This document shows positions 1 through 13,200 of a DNA stretch of 64,000 nucleotides, one piece after another. Below the pieces are notes generated by a model. That model worked only from the letters and a program-made list of their open reading frames with translations. It searched no databases and had not been told where the DNA came from. The stretch is from Lytechinus pictus. Lineage: Eukaryota. The translations under genes were made by a program, and so were the position numbers. Location of the stretch: contig NC_087250.1 in the NCBI RefSeq assembly GCF_037042905.1, positions 23,808,001 to 23,872,000 of the forward strand, in the 5' to 3' direction. The first letter of the stretch is position 1. Every line of letters starts with the position of its first letter.

Positions 1-1823
1 AACAATCAAGGAATTACTGCTGAGAGTGACGAAGAAAAGGTAGAATTGTTCAACGCCTTCTTCAGCAGTGTCTTTACAGAAGAAGATTTAGAGCAAGTCC
101 CATTGCTAGATCACAGACACAGAGGGAACATGTTGTCTGACGTAGAAGTAAGGCCAAGCATGGTAAAGAACAAACTCAAAATGCTGAAGACCTGTAAGGC
201 AGCAGGACCTGATGGGTTTCACCCAAAAGTTCTGAGAGAAACAGCAGAAACGCTATGTGTACCCCTTACACTCATCTTCAGGAAGTCACTGAAAGAGGGT
301 GTCCTCCCACAGGCATGGAAAGATGCCAACATAACACCCATTCACAAAAAAGGTAGCCGCAGTGCTGTAGAGAACTACAGACCAATCAGTCTAACTTCAG
401 TCATTTGCAAGATTTTGGAATCAATCATACGAGATGCTGTTGTTAAGCACCTTGTTGAGAATGATGTCCTGCATGACTCCCAGCATGGATTTCTACCAAG
501 TAGATCATGTGTCACACAGCTGTTAGAAGTCATGGAGCTCTGGACGTCAACTCTTGATGAAGGATACAAAGTGGATGCAATCTATCTTGACTTCAGTAAA
601 GCTTTTGACTCCGTGCCTCACCAGCGGCTCATGAATAAACTTGAGTCATATGGTATTACAGGTTGTATCAAGAATTGGCTACATAGTTTCCTTTTAAGAC
701 GCAGACAAAGAGTTGCCCTTAATGGAAAAGTTTCTCGGTGGCTGCCTGTCCAAAGTGGAATTCCGCAGGGAAGTGTTCTCGGCCCCACCTTGTTTGTGAT
801 CTTTATCAATGACCTGCCTGAAGTTGTTGACAGCATTGTCAAGATTTATGCAGATGACACAAAACTATTTCGTGAAATCAAGCAAAGGAGTGACTGTGAC
901 CGACTTCAGGATGATCTAGATAAGCTGGTGGAGTGGTCAGAGAAATGGCAACTAAACTTCAATGCATCTAAGTGTAAGTCTCTACACATAGGAAAGCAGA
1001 GCGTACACTTTCAGTACAAGATTGATGACACTGTGCTTGAAAATGTCGGCGAAGAGAGAGACTTAGGAGTTATCATTGACTCTGACTTGAAGTTCCACTC
1101 CCATGTTGCAAGTGCCGTACTGAAAGCCAACCGTGTACTTGCTCTGATCAGGCGTACTTTCATTTATAGAGATAAATATACCATTGTTAAATTGTACAAA
1201 GCATTGGTGAGACCTATTCTTGAGTATGGAAATGCTATTTGGCACCCAAGGTATGTCTGTGACCTTAAAGCCATTGAAAAAGTTCAGCGACGTGCGACCA
1301 AGTTGGTGCCATCATTGAAAGATCAAGACTACAGTAGAAGGCTTCGTTCCTTGAAGTTACCTTCCATTCAGTACAGAATGCGAAGAGGGGATATGATACA
1401 TTACATACGTACAAGATCATCAATGGCATTGATGATTTGAACAAGGAGATGTTCTTTACATCTGCATCAACTCAGACAACACGTGGACATCTATGCAAAT
1501 TGTATGTGAAGAGAAGCAGACTGGATGTTAGAAAAAATACTTTCAGTGCCAGAGTTGTAAATGACTGGAACTCCTTGCCGGCAGAGATAGTTAGTAGTTA
1601 CTGCATCAACGTTGAACAGATTCAAGTCACAGTTAGACAAGTTTTGGTCTGCAGTGCAATATACTCACCCTTGGGAATAGTAACTCTGGCACAGCACACA
1701 GGCACACATTATTTTAATAGTTAGATGGAGATAGCAACAGTGATAGACCTGGAAACACGACTGCATAAGTAATTGCATTTTTCCAGTGGCAGTAGATCCG
1801 GTAATAAAGGTAATAAAGGTAAT
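1..1823 (+). mobile_element. CR1-like non-LTR retrotransposon (LINE), ORF2 reverse-transcriptase region through 3' end; runs off the window's left edge; frameshift near 1400-1440
   Basis: ORF 46-1440 has RT motifs KAAGPDG, NYRPISLTS, QHGF, LDFSKAFDSV, GIPQGSVLGP and YADD. The C-terminal TRGH...FSARVVNDWNSLP continues in another frame (1437-1724). A short (GGTAATAAA)n tail follows at about 1800-1823. Confidence 0.92.
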
Positions 1824-2235
1824 ATTAGTAAAGTATCCGGTGAAAATTATGAACTGGTTCCCAATTTCATGATAATGCCAACCAGGATAATGCCTCAATA
1901 TCTTTCCTTTATTTCATTTGATTTAATTTTTCACCTGAAATTTTCGGCGGGCAGCTGCTTCACCGGCCGGCCCAGCGAAGTCCGTCCGCGGCGATTCCCG
2001 GAGGGGCCGAGTGTTTGAAGCCGAAGCTTCGGGACCACGTCCACGGCAAGCTCGCCGACTCAATCCCGATCTGCATCTGCATGCGGAAGTTGGAGTTAGT
2101 TTTGTTCGCTATTCGTGGTCGTTTGTTACCTGTCTCATTTATATTTTCAAGACGCTATCTATCTTATACATTCCTTAAATTATAAATAAAACGATTCATG
2201 ATATAAGTGAAATGAATAACACTCAATGAACTCAC

Positions 2236-2320
2236 CAATGTAATGTTTATTTGATGAAGACAAGTCCGAAATGGTAAACGCCGGAAACTAAATTTCGCCA
2301 AATTATGGCTTCTGTAATGA
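2236..2320 (-). promoter_or_regulatory. Possible promoter/non-coding first exon of a minus-strand gene continuing left of the window
   Basis: Minus-strand donor TTG|GTGAGT at 2235, TTTGGCG (E2F-like) and CCGGAA (ETS-like) motifs, and a CpG-rich patch at 1945-2090. No coding sequence seen. Confidence 0.3.
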
Positions 2321-3277
2321 AACCAAATAAAAAGGAAAAGGACGAGGGAGGGGCACTCAGAATATCGTGGTTATTTGAGTGGAATCATAAACAATTGTTT
2401 TTTTTCAATCAGATAAGCATTTAGTTCTTCCATCCGGACGATGGGACGCACACATACACAGAATTGTGGTAATTTGATCTGAATAATATACATTCCCCCC
2501 CTGTGACTGTGATTATATAGTTCTTCCATTCCCCCAAAACTCTTGCAACATATCAATGGCCATGCATGGGAATATATAACTGTCATGAAGCAACTGATTT
2601 TCTCATTATTTTTACCCCTACAATTATTTTCCCATCTTTACAACTTATAAATACAAAAAAGAAGAATAACAAGTGCATATATGGTTATGAAAAACACATA
2701 TCATTTTGCTTTTAATGAGACTATTAATTCCAGACACACAAAATTAAACTATCCCTTTCTTATATCGCCTGTACTGTAGTTGATAGAAAACAATTAATGA
2801 CTAGATCCCCAAATCGCCTAAATAATTTGAACAAAACTAGATATTAGTAACCATGCAGATCTCCTATAGTATTGAACATTACTTTTGCCTCTTCAATTAA
2901 CGTTTTGTTTCGAATAGCAACAGCCTCATTGAGATACATGTGTATTTCTTCAATTAATTTTTAATGTGTTTTTCTAGAATCATATAATATGAACACGTGT
3001 TCAAAAGAAATAAATAATAAAAGCTTGAAGCGCAAGGAAAAGTATTTGGTCAGAGAATTGTCTTGAGACTGCATGATTTTAGTGTCATTTGTTCCTCGAT
3101 CTTGAAGGGAATATGTAATTAAACTGACAATGTTAGTGCCAGGAGTGATGAACACATACACTTAGGCCCTAAAACAAAATGTTTTATCAAATTATGGGGG
3201 AAAACAATATTTCAACTATACCGGTACTTCCTTTTTCTTTTATCACTACATTTCTCCCTCTTTCTCTCCTTTTCCCC

Positions 3278-3308
<31 letters not shown>

Positions 3309-4269
3309 GGGGGGGGGGGGGCAGCCGATGGGGGGAGGGGAGGTGCCCCTGTAGGTACGTCACTGCATGGGAACATGCATAAAACAGTCATGACAGCTAA
3401 AGGTATAGAGAGGGTTGTTGTAATTTTCATAACAGAGTGCTTCAACCCAGCTAGTAAGTGTACCTCTCAACTCATTGGTATTTTCCCATCATGCGTCTAT
3501 TCTGCATCCACCCTCCCCCTCTCGATCTATCTGGATGATACCCCCCTCCCATCGCATTTCATTTGAAGGACAACTCTTCCCCAGCAAAAGGCTGATTTTG
3601 AACTGAAAATCTCATCAAAATCGGATGAAAGGAAAATCATGAAATTTTACAATTTTGCTTAACTTCACAAAAAGTTGCACATCCTTTAATAGTTGCCTTT
3701 GACGGTATGCAGTGCGAATGAGGGAACCGACGGCATCAGCCACTCTCTCTGTCTTTTCTTCGCATTCTGTTAAATGAATTATTTTATTTCTCCTCATATG
3801 TTGTGAATCAATTATGATTCGATTCCTCCTTCAATTAATGGCATTACATTATTTGTAAAAACTAATTAAATGCCTGTGAAGCCTTAGTACAATATGGGCA
3901 AACCTGCAAGCATGTTAAATAGCATGTGTCATTTGATAAAAATATATTTCACAAAATGATTGAGTGATATCCGACATATCTCATTTGCGGATCATTTTGC
4001 TGGACATATGACTGCTCTGTGAAAGACAGCCAAATTTTTAAACTTCATAACTTTCCTAGTATATATACAATTTTTTTCCAATTTTATTATATCCAAATAT
4101 GTCCTCAGAAAAAAAAGCAGAACAAATTTTTAAACCAAGCAAGAAAAGATGCATACATATGAAAGGTTTATTAAGCATTTGAATAAGAAATCAACGGTTA
4201 TTCTCCAAATAATGGTACATTTCATTCATTATTATCAATAAAGGCACATATATCAGTTTAATGAAATGT

Positions 4270-4750
4270 TAGATATAGGCTATTTCGAAAGGGTACCAAA
4301 AAAAAAAAAAAATTGAATCCCTGAAAGTACTTTGGATAGATTGAGGAATGAAATATAATCATTGACAAGAAATGTGTATGAATGCCGTATAAAATAACAT
4401 CAAATAAAGTAATAATAAGTACATTTAATTGTACAAAATAAACAATTATCAGCATACATATATATGTATCAACATTTCATTTGTGGTAATACCAGATATA
4501 TGTTCTAAAAGAGTACCAAATAAAAAAAAAACGTTTGAATTCCTGAAAGTATTTTGAATTGATTGAGGAATGGAATATAATCATTGACAACAAGTGTGTA
4601 TAAATGCCGTATAAAATAACATCAAATAAAGTTTGTACATAATAAACACATTACGCGAATCCTGTGTTTAAAAAATACCCCACCAGCTTATAACCATGGA
4701 GCTATTAAGAGTATAGCTCCATGTTATCAGCATACATATACGTATCAACA
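4270..4750. repeat. Imperfect direct duplication of about 230 bp
   Basis: GTACCAAA...CTGAAAGTA...ATATAATCATTGACAA...GCCGTATAAAATAACATCAAATAAAGT...TTATCAGCATACATATA occurs twice, starting near 4290 and 4510. Confidence 0.7.
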
Positions 4751-4957
4751 ATGTGTTAATAACTGTATTAGATAATAACTAATATAATAGTACTGGCAGT
4801 TTGGTACACCATAATGTACATTACATGAGTAAAAATCTGTGTAAAAATATAACAATCTATAAAAGTGCTATTCATGTTTTTAAAAAACACAAGTTTTGTA
4901 TTCAATCATTATCTGCACTATTTGATCTTCTATATCAAATATCATAATCCACTATAA

Positions 4958-5546
4958 ACGGATGCTCCAGGCTGAAAATATTTATAGCTCAATAAAAAGA
5001 GTAAAATTCACAGAGCAAATTGCTGAAAATTTCATAAAAATCAGATAACAAATTACAAAGTTATTGAATTTTAAAGATTTGCGTTATTCCGGTGAAACAG
5101 TTCTAGGCATGTCTTCATGAATATTGATTAGGTAGGCTGATGATGTCACATCCCCACTTTTTTTTAACGTTATTACAAGAAATCATAATTGTTTCGATTT
5201 TTCATTAATGTGTTTCCATTATTGTGAAATAAGTTGCAGCAAGAAATAACTAATGCACTTAATCAGTTGTCAATCCAATTGTTTTAGTTCTTGGTAGGAA
5301 TATTTCAATAAACTTAATTTCATATAGTAAAATACAAAAGAACTAGTGGGGATATGATATCATCAGCCCACCTAATGAATATTCATGAAGATATGCCTAG
5401 AACTGTTTCACCGGAATCATGCAAATCTTTGAAATTCAATAACTTCGTTATTTGTTATTCGATTTTGATCAAATTTTCAGCTTTTTGCTCTGTGAATTAT
5501 ACTCTAGTTATTGAGATATAAATATCTTCAGCCCAAAGCATCCCTT
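4958..5546. mobile_element. Non-autonomous DNA transposon (MITE) with long imperfect inverted arms; related fragments near 3590, 5790, 11945-12495, 25240-25507 and 58260
   Basis: GATGCTCCAGGCTGAAAATATTTATA at the left end mirrors TATAAATATCTTCAGCCCAAAGCATC at the right. Internal CCGGTGAAACAGTTCTAGGCAT and ATGCCTAGAACTGTTTCACCGG are inverted copies. Confidence 0.75.
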
Positions 5547-7288
5547 GACCAGATTATACAATACAGGAGGTAGACTCCATTAAGTCTCAAAGTTGATTTC
5601 CTATCAAACTAGAATAACACCTAAGTTCCCAATAAAAAAAATAAAGTAGAATACCATCGGTGGACTCATGTACATCAGACATAACAATCTATACATAGCA
5701 GCATTGTTAACTTTTTGACACTGAAATTACCATTTTTATCTTTTAATAAAATATATACTTTGAAAGTTTGAATACATGTTATGTTTGACAGGGGTACGCT
5801 GGGATAGATAATTATATCTAAATAGAATAAAATTCACTGAGCAAAATGCTGAAACCTCCTTCAAAATCAGATAACAAATAACTAAGTTATTGAATTTTAA
5901 AGGTTATAAAGTTTTTAAACAGTTATGTCATCATGAATATTCATTAGGTGGGCTGATGATGATGTCACATATCCACTTTCCTTTTCTTATGTTATTTCTA
6001 GCCTTTATGATATTACAAAAGGGAAGTGACTATTGAATCTTTCTTAAGTTTTGATTCTTTGTCATTGTTTCAATTCCAACTTAATAACCGGTCGATTCCA
6101 GAACTTTGGTGGTCCTACAACATTACTGTGAGAGCACAGTCCCCCATCAGTGTTTTATTCTAGTAACTATGTGCATCTTAATGAGAACATACAGGTGTTT
6201 TGACAATAGCTACTACCAAGGCATATCTGATTATATACAAAGGGGCAGCTTTCCTGGTTTTGGTTTTGTTGGCTGATGCCCTGTACATGGTAGAAAATGC
6301 TTTTCAATCAACATGCATTAGATTTGAAGCAGATAATTTCTGACATATTTTGATCTGCATACCTCCGCACGCACATAATGACCTCAATAACATTGAGAGA
6401 TAAACGCTCTCTGCACGATATGAGCCATGTATCTCTGGAATATTAAGAGGAAAATTAGAAAAATGGGATTATAAATAAAAGACAATCAATCACAATATTG
6501 CCTCTATCTTAAAATATGCATACATTTTCCGAAGCAAAACACATGGAACTAAGATTTCCAAAGGTAAGCCAGAACTGCACATCAATTTTCTAGGATTTAA
6601 GTGATTTATCATCTTCTGCGCATACAGTTTATGCAATATCAATGTCTATTCACGAACTGCTTCTTTCAGCTCATAGCCGAATTGACGCCGGAACACGGTA
6701 GGATGAGAAATATGAAGAGAATGTAATTCAGAGCACAATGATGGTCACATGTTAGTGAATTCATTAACTATTCAATGGGTGTCCATCTCTCAATAGGTCC
6801 ATAGTTTGACCCAATGACAATGAGCTGCGCGACGCATTGAAACCTACACCAGCTTGTTCTGCTTGTATGACCCTCTTCAACAGAGAAGGGGGTGTTGGAG
6901 TTTGAGGGGGGGGGGGGGCGGGTATAAACCTGTAATCCTCCTAGATCTGCCACCATTAACAGGGCCCTCCCATCTTCTCCAAAATGACAGACACCAAGTT
7001 AAAGAAGTCCTTTATACCAGATTACGCAGCAGCATAACATGTGTCATTTAACCCCTTCTCCAGTGAAATTCTTCATTGTCAAATCAGTTTTGTGGTTCAA
7101 CAAGATTTTCCGAACCCTGCTACACAATGAAAGAATCAACATTCATCACTAGAACTGTTACTTTCTTAATAGAATATTTCAGACTAGATTATTAATCGGC
7201 AGAAGATGTGTCCCCTTCTGCAGTGAAATTCCAGTTTTGCAGTCCCAGAACTTTTTGTCTAAACCATGCCAGCACAGTAACAGATTCA

Positions 7289-10200
7289 TCAATCATTACT
7301 AGAACTGCTACTCTTCCGGTCTTTAATCATTTGTCGGTTGTTGAATGGTAATTGTGCTGGACCACCCTGAAAAACTTCCACACAATCGTCTCGTCGCATC
7401 CGCTTCAGGGCATCCTCAAGATCCTGAGGGCTACAGATCTTCTTCCGTTGCTCTGCAAGATTAATCAGATTCCCTGTAGGGTCTGTTAGATCTTCCAGAC
7501 TATCAATGACTTCCTCCATTCCTAAGGCAACGGCAAGACCTCTCCAATCGTCCAATGTTATGCGACGACCGTTCAACCGTTGACTGAGCTCCTGCCGGGT
7601 GATCACGGAGGGTTCCTGTGGCACGCCATGGCTGCCCGATGTAATGTTCACAGATTCAATATTGTAAACATTTCCATAAACTGACATACAGGAAATTTGC
7701 TGGCTGAGCTGCCTCACTTCTGAACCCACCGGTGTTGTAGGTTGTGAGCCTGGTTCAGTACTCATAAGGATTCTGGGGGATTCATCCATCGGCTGGGTGG
7801 AGTTGGTACCTGGGGTATAGAAATAAAATGGCTTTGAGTTACTTCTCATTTTGGGGTGAAGCAACATTTCTCATATAGCAATTGCTCCTACACTAAATTG
7901 TCTGAAGATTGAACTAATGTTATGTTGTTGTTGGATCTAATGCTCTTTTATTTTCAACCTGTCTTAAATGAAGACAACGCAATGCAGGATGTACAGTTTA
8001 TATATACATTATTTATTGAAGATGATTATAACTTGATGATGACAAATACATGAGTAAGTCTGATGGTGACTATACTCTGAAGTATACAAAATAGACTCTG
8101 CAAACTGATGTAATATAAATTGTAAACTCTTCTGTAGCTGTCTAAACCATTCTCAAGTCTATTCTCTATTCTGATTTGGGTTCAGAAGCGAACCCCTTTT
8201 ATATTTGTCTGGTCAAGACTCTCTACAGCCAAAAAGGTGTTGGTCAACCATAAACGCTTGACCAAAACAATCTGTACATCATAACTTTACTCTGAATTGG
8301 GGTAGTTGACCTTTTCGGGAGAACATGAAATGTAGTGAATAAGAAAACCATAAAATGTGTGTGCATCAGAAGTTTAGCTGGAAGAAGAATGAGTAATACT
8401 TTCTTAAGTAAGTTGGAATTGGTATACTTCCTGTAGAAGTATTGATTAAGTATTGATATATTATTGAATATGTGAGATATGCACAGGGGGCATGTGCCCC
8501 CCATTTTGAGAAGCAAAATAAAAAATTTGTAATGTAAAAATGCCATTAAATGAGAGGTGTGCCCCCTCTTTAGAAATTGAATACCTTTTTTTTTGCTTGT
8601 CAAAAATTTTCTCCTAAAAATTTGCCCCCCTTTTGGAAAATCCTGGATCCGCCCCTGTGCACAATGACAAGAGTTTGAAAGAAAAGACTAACCAACATCA
8701 GATGATGATTCTCCTTTCTTCCCCGCTTGACCCCTAATGGCTTTCCTCAAGCGCTCTTCGAGGTTACTATCATCGATATGTGCATTATTTAGAACCCGCA
8801 AGTGACGCGGAAGGTGTGTTTCGTCGCAGCATCGGATTACTATCACCCGGCCCTTCCAATTACCCCCATCCACCCTTGGATGTAAAGCCATGTGTGTCGT
8901 CATAGTCTGGTAAAGATCATCCGTATCACAATCCTCCTTTGTGATGATGAGGACTACGTGAGAGCAGGCCTCCAGAGCATCCTCGATGCTTATCATCTTT
9001 GGAACTCCAAGTACGGCATCCGCAGCGGTCACCAAAGTCCAGTTGTTTCTACTGATGATGTCTTTGACCTTACAAACGTGATTCGTCTCTTGGCTGAATT
9101 CAAGATAGATGTTACGTTCTGGCTCTCCTTGATCTGTCAAAGATCTATTTGTTCCAGAGTCCATGGAACCTTCAAAGAAAAGATGGAAAATAAAGAAATT
9201 CGTAAATATCAGTTATCTGATACTGAAAACAAGGTATAACCTGAAACTTCCAATCATGTTTTCTCTGTGTTTTACAATTTTCTTCTTAAAAATTCATTCT
9301 GATTAAATCAGGTAGTTGACTGGGTTTCAGTAGATCAATGTTGACAAGCTACATATTATTTCAAAGCTGAGACTCGGCTCCTTCAAACAATATCAAAATG
9401 TTAATTTCATGATAACTCTTTTTTTTCATTTCATTATTATCATTGTATTGTTTATTTGACCAATATAAAAAAGTACAAATACATACACCAGAAAAAAAAG
9501 AGTATACAAACATGCAAAGAAATATGGGAGCGGGAAGTGAGTCAGGGGTAGGCCAAGTCAGGGGGCACAAAAGTGAAATTTAACACTGTTGCCCGGAGGC
9601 ATGTGCCCAACACATGCCAGCCCGTATACATCAATAAATAAATTTACACAAAATATTGCACAATGAAAAATGGGAATGCAAAGAAAGGGGGGGGGGGGGC
9701 AAACAAAAAAATCAAAGAAGATAGAGATGTATTGGGAATACATGCGCATTTTTATCATTAGAGCCATTTCAGCAGGAGTAAATGAGAGAAGGCCATACTC
9801 ACCGAGGCTAGAAAATGATGAATCTCCAGAACCATCCACAGAGGTTGTAGCTTCCTGACTATTTGATACAGCCAGGTCTCGCTGTTGTTGACTTTCTCTG
9901 CATCTCTGATACTCTCTTATTTCTTCCTGTTGCTGTTTTTCAGCTTTAATTTAAGGCATGAATGAAAGAAGAATAACCAAGGGGACATTTTGACCTGTAA
10001 GTACGAGCCAACCTACAGACTGTACATTCTTCTACTACTAGAATCTTTATAAGAAAAGGGTCTGTGGCATGAATCAAAGACATGGGGTGGGGCTGAATTA
10101 ATGCACAAAATCAGACTTTGATGGTAATTTTAACAATTTCTGTACAATGTTCACTGAAACAGAGGATGCGCTGTAGCCCCCAAGGCACCCCCAGGGGCCG

Positions 10201-13200
10201 TGGAAGCGGGGGGCGGGCTTCAGCTCCCCACTTTTTTCCAATACTGTGTACAAAAGCATAAAAATAACCATATGATTGTGATTTTTTGCATGGTCAGCCC
10301 CCCCCCCCCCACTTTGAAAACCGTTCCGTGGCCCCTGCCCCCTTGAATTACATATGAGATTTAGAAAGTGGATGACTTACTTTTTATACAGGCCTGTGCC
10401 TTATTATACCAATAATAAAACAACAGTTTTGAAATGGAATCTAAAAAAAATTTCCCTTTCTCTCCCCCCCTCCCCATTTTGGATGCATACCTGGGCCCCG
10501 TCTTACAAAGAGTTAAGATTGATCCAATCAATGTGACTCTATGGAAATCCATCAGTGTCATGATTTTTTATACAGGAAATGTGCAAAATGTCCTTTGTAA
10601 ACTAAGGAGAACACACCAAATTATCAAGAAATCAATGAATTTAAATATACATATCTAGATTTTTTTTTTAACAGACATGGATTCTATATGTTGACTTTGA
10701 GCATTGGCTTTCCATAGTTGCGATTGATCAGATCAATCGCAACTCTTTGTAAGATGGGCTCCAGCACTTTTGTTTTTTTGTATATATTCTAATTTTGTGG
10801 AAATAAATGAAATGAAATTAATCTACTGGCACAGACCCTTAGTATTAATATCTAATGTAAAGTATGGAGATTAGATTCACTCTTGTACTGAACGGAAATT
10901 ATTCCTTTCTTTATCAAATCCTCCCTAAAGTTTCCGGGTGGGTGTTCCATAAAGCTCTTTGTAAAGTTACGCACAACTTAACGCACGATTGGAACATGTT
11001 CTTAGGTCATAAATCAATTACATATGGATAACACATAGCACAAGAAAGGATCACCAGTCGTGCATAAAGTCATTCATATCTTACGAACAGCTTCATGAAA
11101 CACCCATATTTAAGTGAGGGCCCTGGATTTATCAAGATATTCCCACTTGACTATAAATTAAAGTAATAAAAAAAATCACCTTTGGATTATTAGAAAAAAA
11201 AACAAGCAAACAGATTAAAAAAAAAAAATTGAATCATAATTCTGATGGCGAAATATGACTGGTTGCCAGATAAGACCCCCCCCCCATGTGGCTGCTCGCA
11301 ATACAAACAGAAGGTTTGATGGAGGTGACACGACATTAGCTCTTGCAACATTTGCTCTGGTCTTGATATCTCAGAGGTTAGGCTACTGGGTTAGAGTTAG
11401 GATTGTAATAGAGTTTTTTGTTCAGAATCATGTAAATATATTGATTAGGGTTTGGAGGTTGTTTTTTGGCTGCAGATTTTCCATCAGAGCAATTGTCGCC
11501 GGAGCAAATGTCAACTCATGGAACCCTGATGAAGTCTAGTCTCAAGACCCAAGACATGGTATACCTGTAAATCGTTAAATTTGAGTTTGCAATTGCAAAC
11601 TAACCTCTGACTAGTATTGTGTCTCTGATCATGAGAAGCTTGGCTCTTGTCATTGCATCACGCATCCTGCTCATCTGGTGTTCAGCTTGAACTGTTGCCC
11701 TCCAGGAAGTCAGCAAGTCAACCGTCCCTTTGGTTGTCACAGATCCAGTCAACCGATTGGTGGTGTTGCATTTGTTGATTTGAGCTCTGGTACAACCCAA
11801 GGCATTGGCTAAACGCTCCATCTGGTCATCGGTTTCCAGATTGTCGGCTATCTCTCGTAGGACGGTGCCCGATATCATCCCAGTGATAGGTCTGGAAGGA
11901 GTCAAGAAAAGAAAATGACCAAATAATATCAGCTTAACTTGCTTTAAAGGTAAGTCCACCCCAACAAAATGTTCATTTTATAAAGAAAATTTTATAAAAA
12001 GCATGAAGGTTTCATCAATGTCAGATGTTAAAGTTAAAAAATTCTTTAAAATAAGTTTTGCTTATTTTTCACAAAAAAATTTAGCCTATATGACATACTG
12101 GTCAGTATGCAAATGAGGGGACCAATGACATCACCCACTCACTATTTCTCTTGTAGTTTATGTGTAATATGAAATAATTTGATTTTCTCCTCATTGTCAT
12201 GTGATGCAAAGTTTTTCGCGCTCTGAATGGAAACATCAATAACACTTTGTGGATCAAACAAGAGGTTCTTCATTGTCAAATCTGTAAAAATGGAATTCAA
12301 ACAATAACAGACAAAAGAAAGGGTGAGTGACATCAGTGACTCTCTCATTTGCATGTCACTGAATTGTGCATATAGGCCTGACTGTTTTGTGACAAAAGCC
12401 ATAACTTTCTTATTTTACATCCTGATTTTGATAAAAATTTTCAGCATTAAATTTGTTTGATTTTTCTCTCTTAATTCAAATCTGGGTGGAATTGAATGCT
12501 AATTGTAGAGCTATATCTTTTTCCCCTCTGGTATAACTACACTATAGCCATGAGACCTGACCTATTCCTAGTGAAAGGGACATGGAATGGCCAAAAAAAA
12601 AATGAATGGGAAAAGTGTAGAGGACTAAGTTGTGGCATTCTGCTAAACAAAAATTGAATGACTTTGCATCAATCCTAATCTTTACCCAATGAGGGTCTAC
12701 TTTTTCTTTCTCAATGAACCCCAGTCAAATTGTAATCAACTTACTCTGGAATGTCACCAGGAGACTGTTTTAAAGATGACTGACTTGACTGTGCTGCTGG
12801 AATAAAGAAAGACAAAATTGTCATACATGCATGCATGAAACCAAAGTAATAATTATGATTATAATCCACTACATTTGTAAGGTACATGTTAAATACAAAT
12901 GTTTCTACGTGCAAAGTTGAATTAGAACACTTCCATAGCCAAATTATTTAATACACTAAATAATCATCTTTATTAACATTAATATGAAAATATTGATAAC
13001 ATAATATTGTGGACAATAAATACCTTAGTTATTCCTCATATTTGTACAGCAAATTTGGCATTATGCCCACAAAATCATTGATTTAGTGGGCGAAATCTCC
13101 TTATTTTGGGGGGTGAAAACCTCTTCTTATTGGGGGGCATGTAAAATGTTTCCTCGGGAAAATGTGCCCCGTTCGGAAAATCCTGGATCCGCCCCTGCAA

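Noticed and set aside
46-1440. RT ORF as a retron, DGR or domesticated gene
   Set aside because: It has typical CR1-like ORF2 motifs, a frameshifted C-terminus and a microsatellite tail, so it is an ordinary LINE copy.
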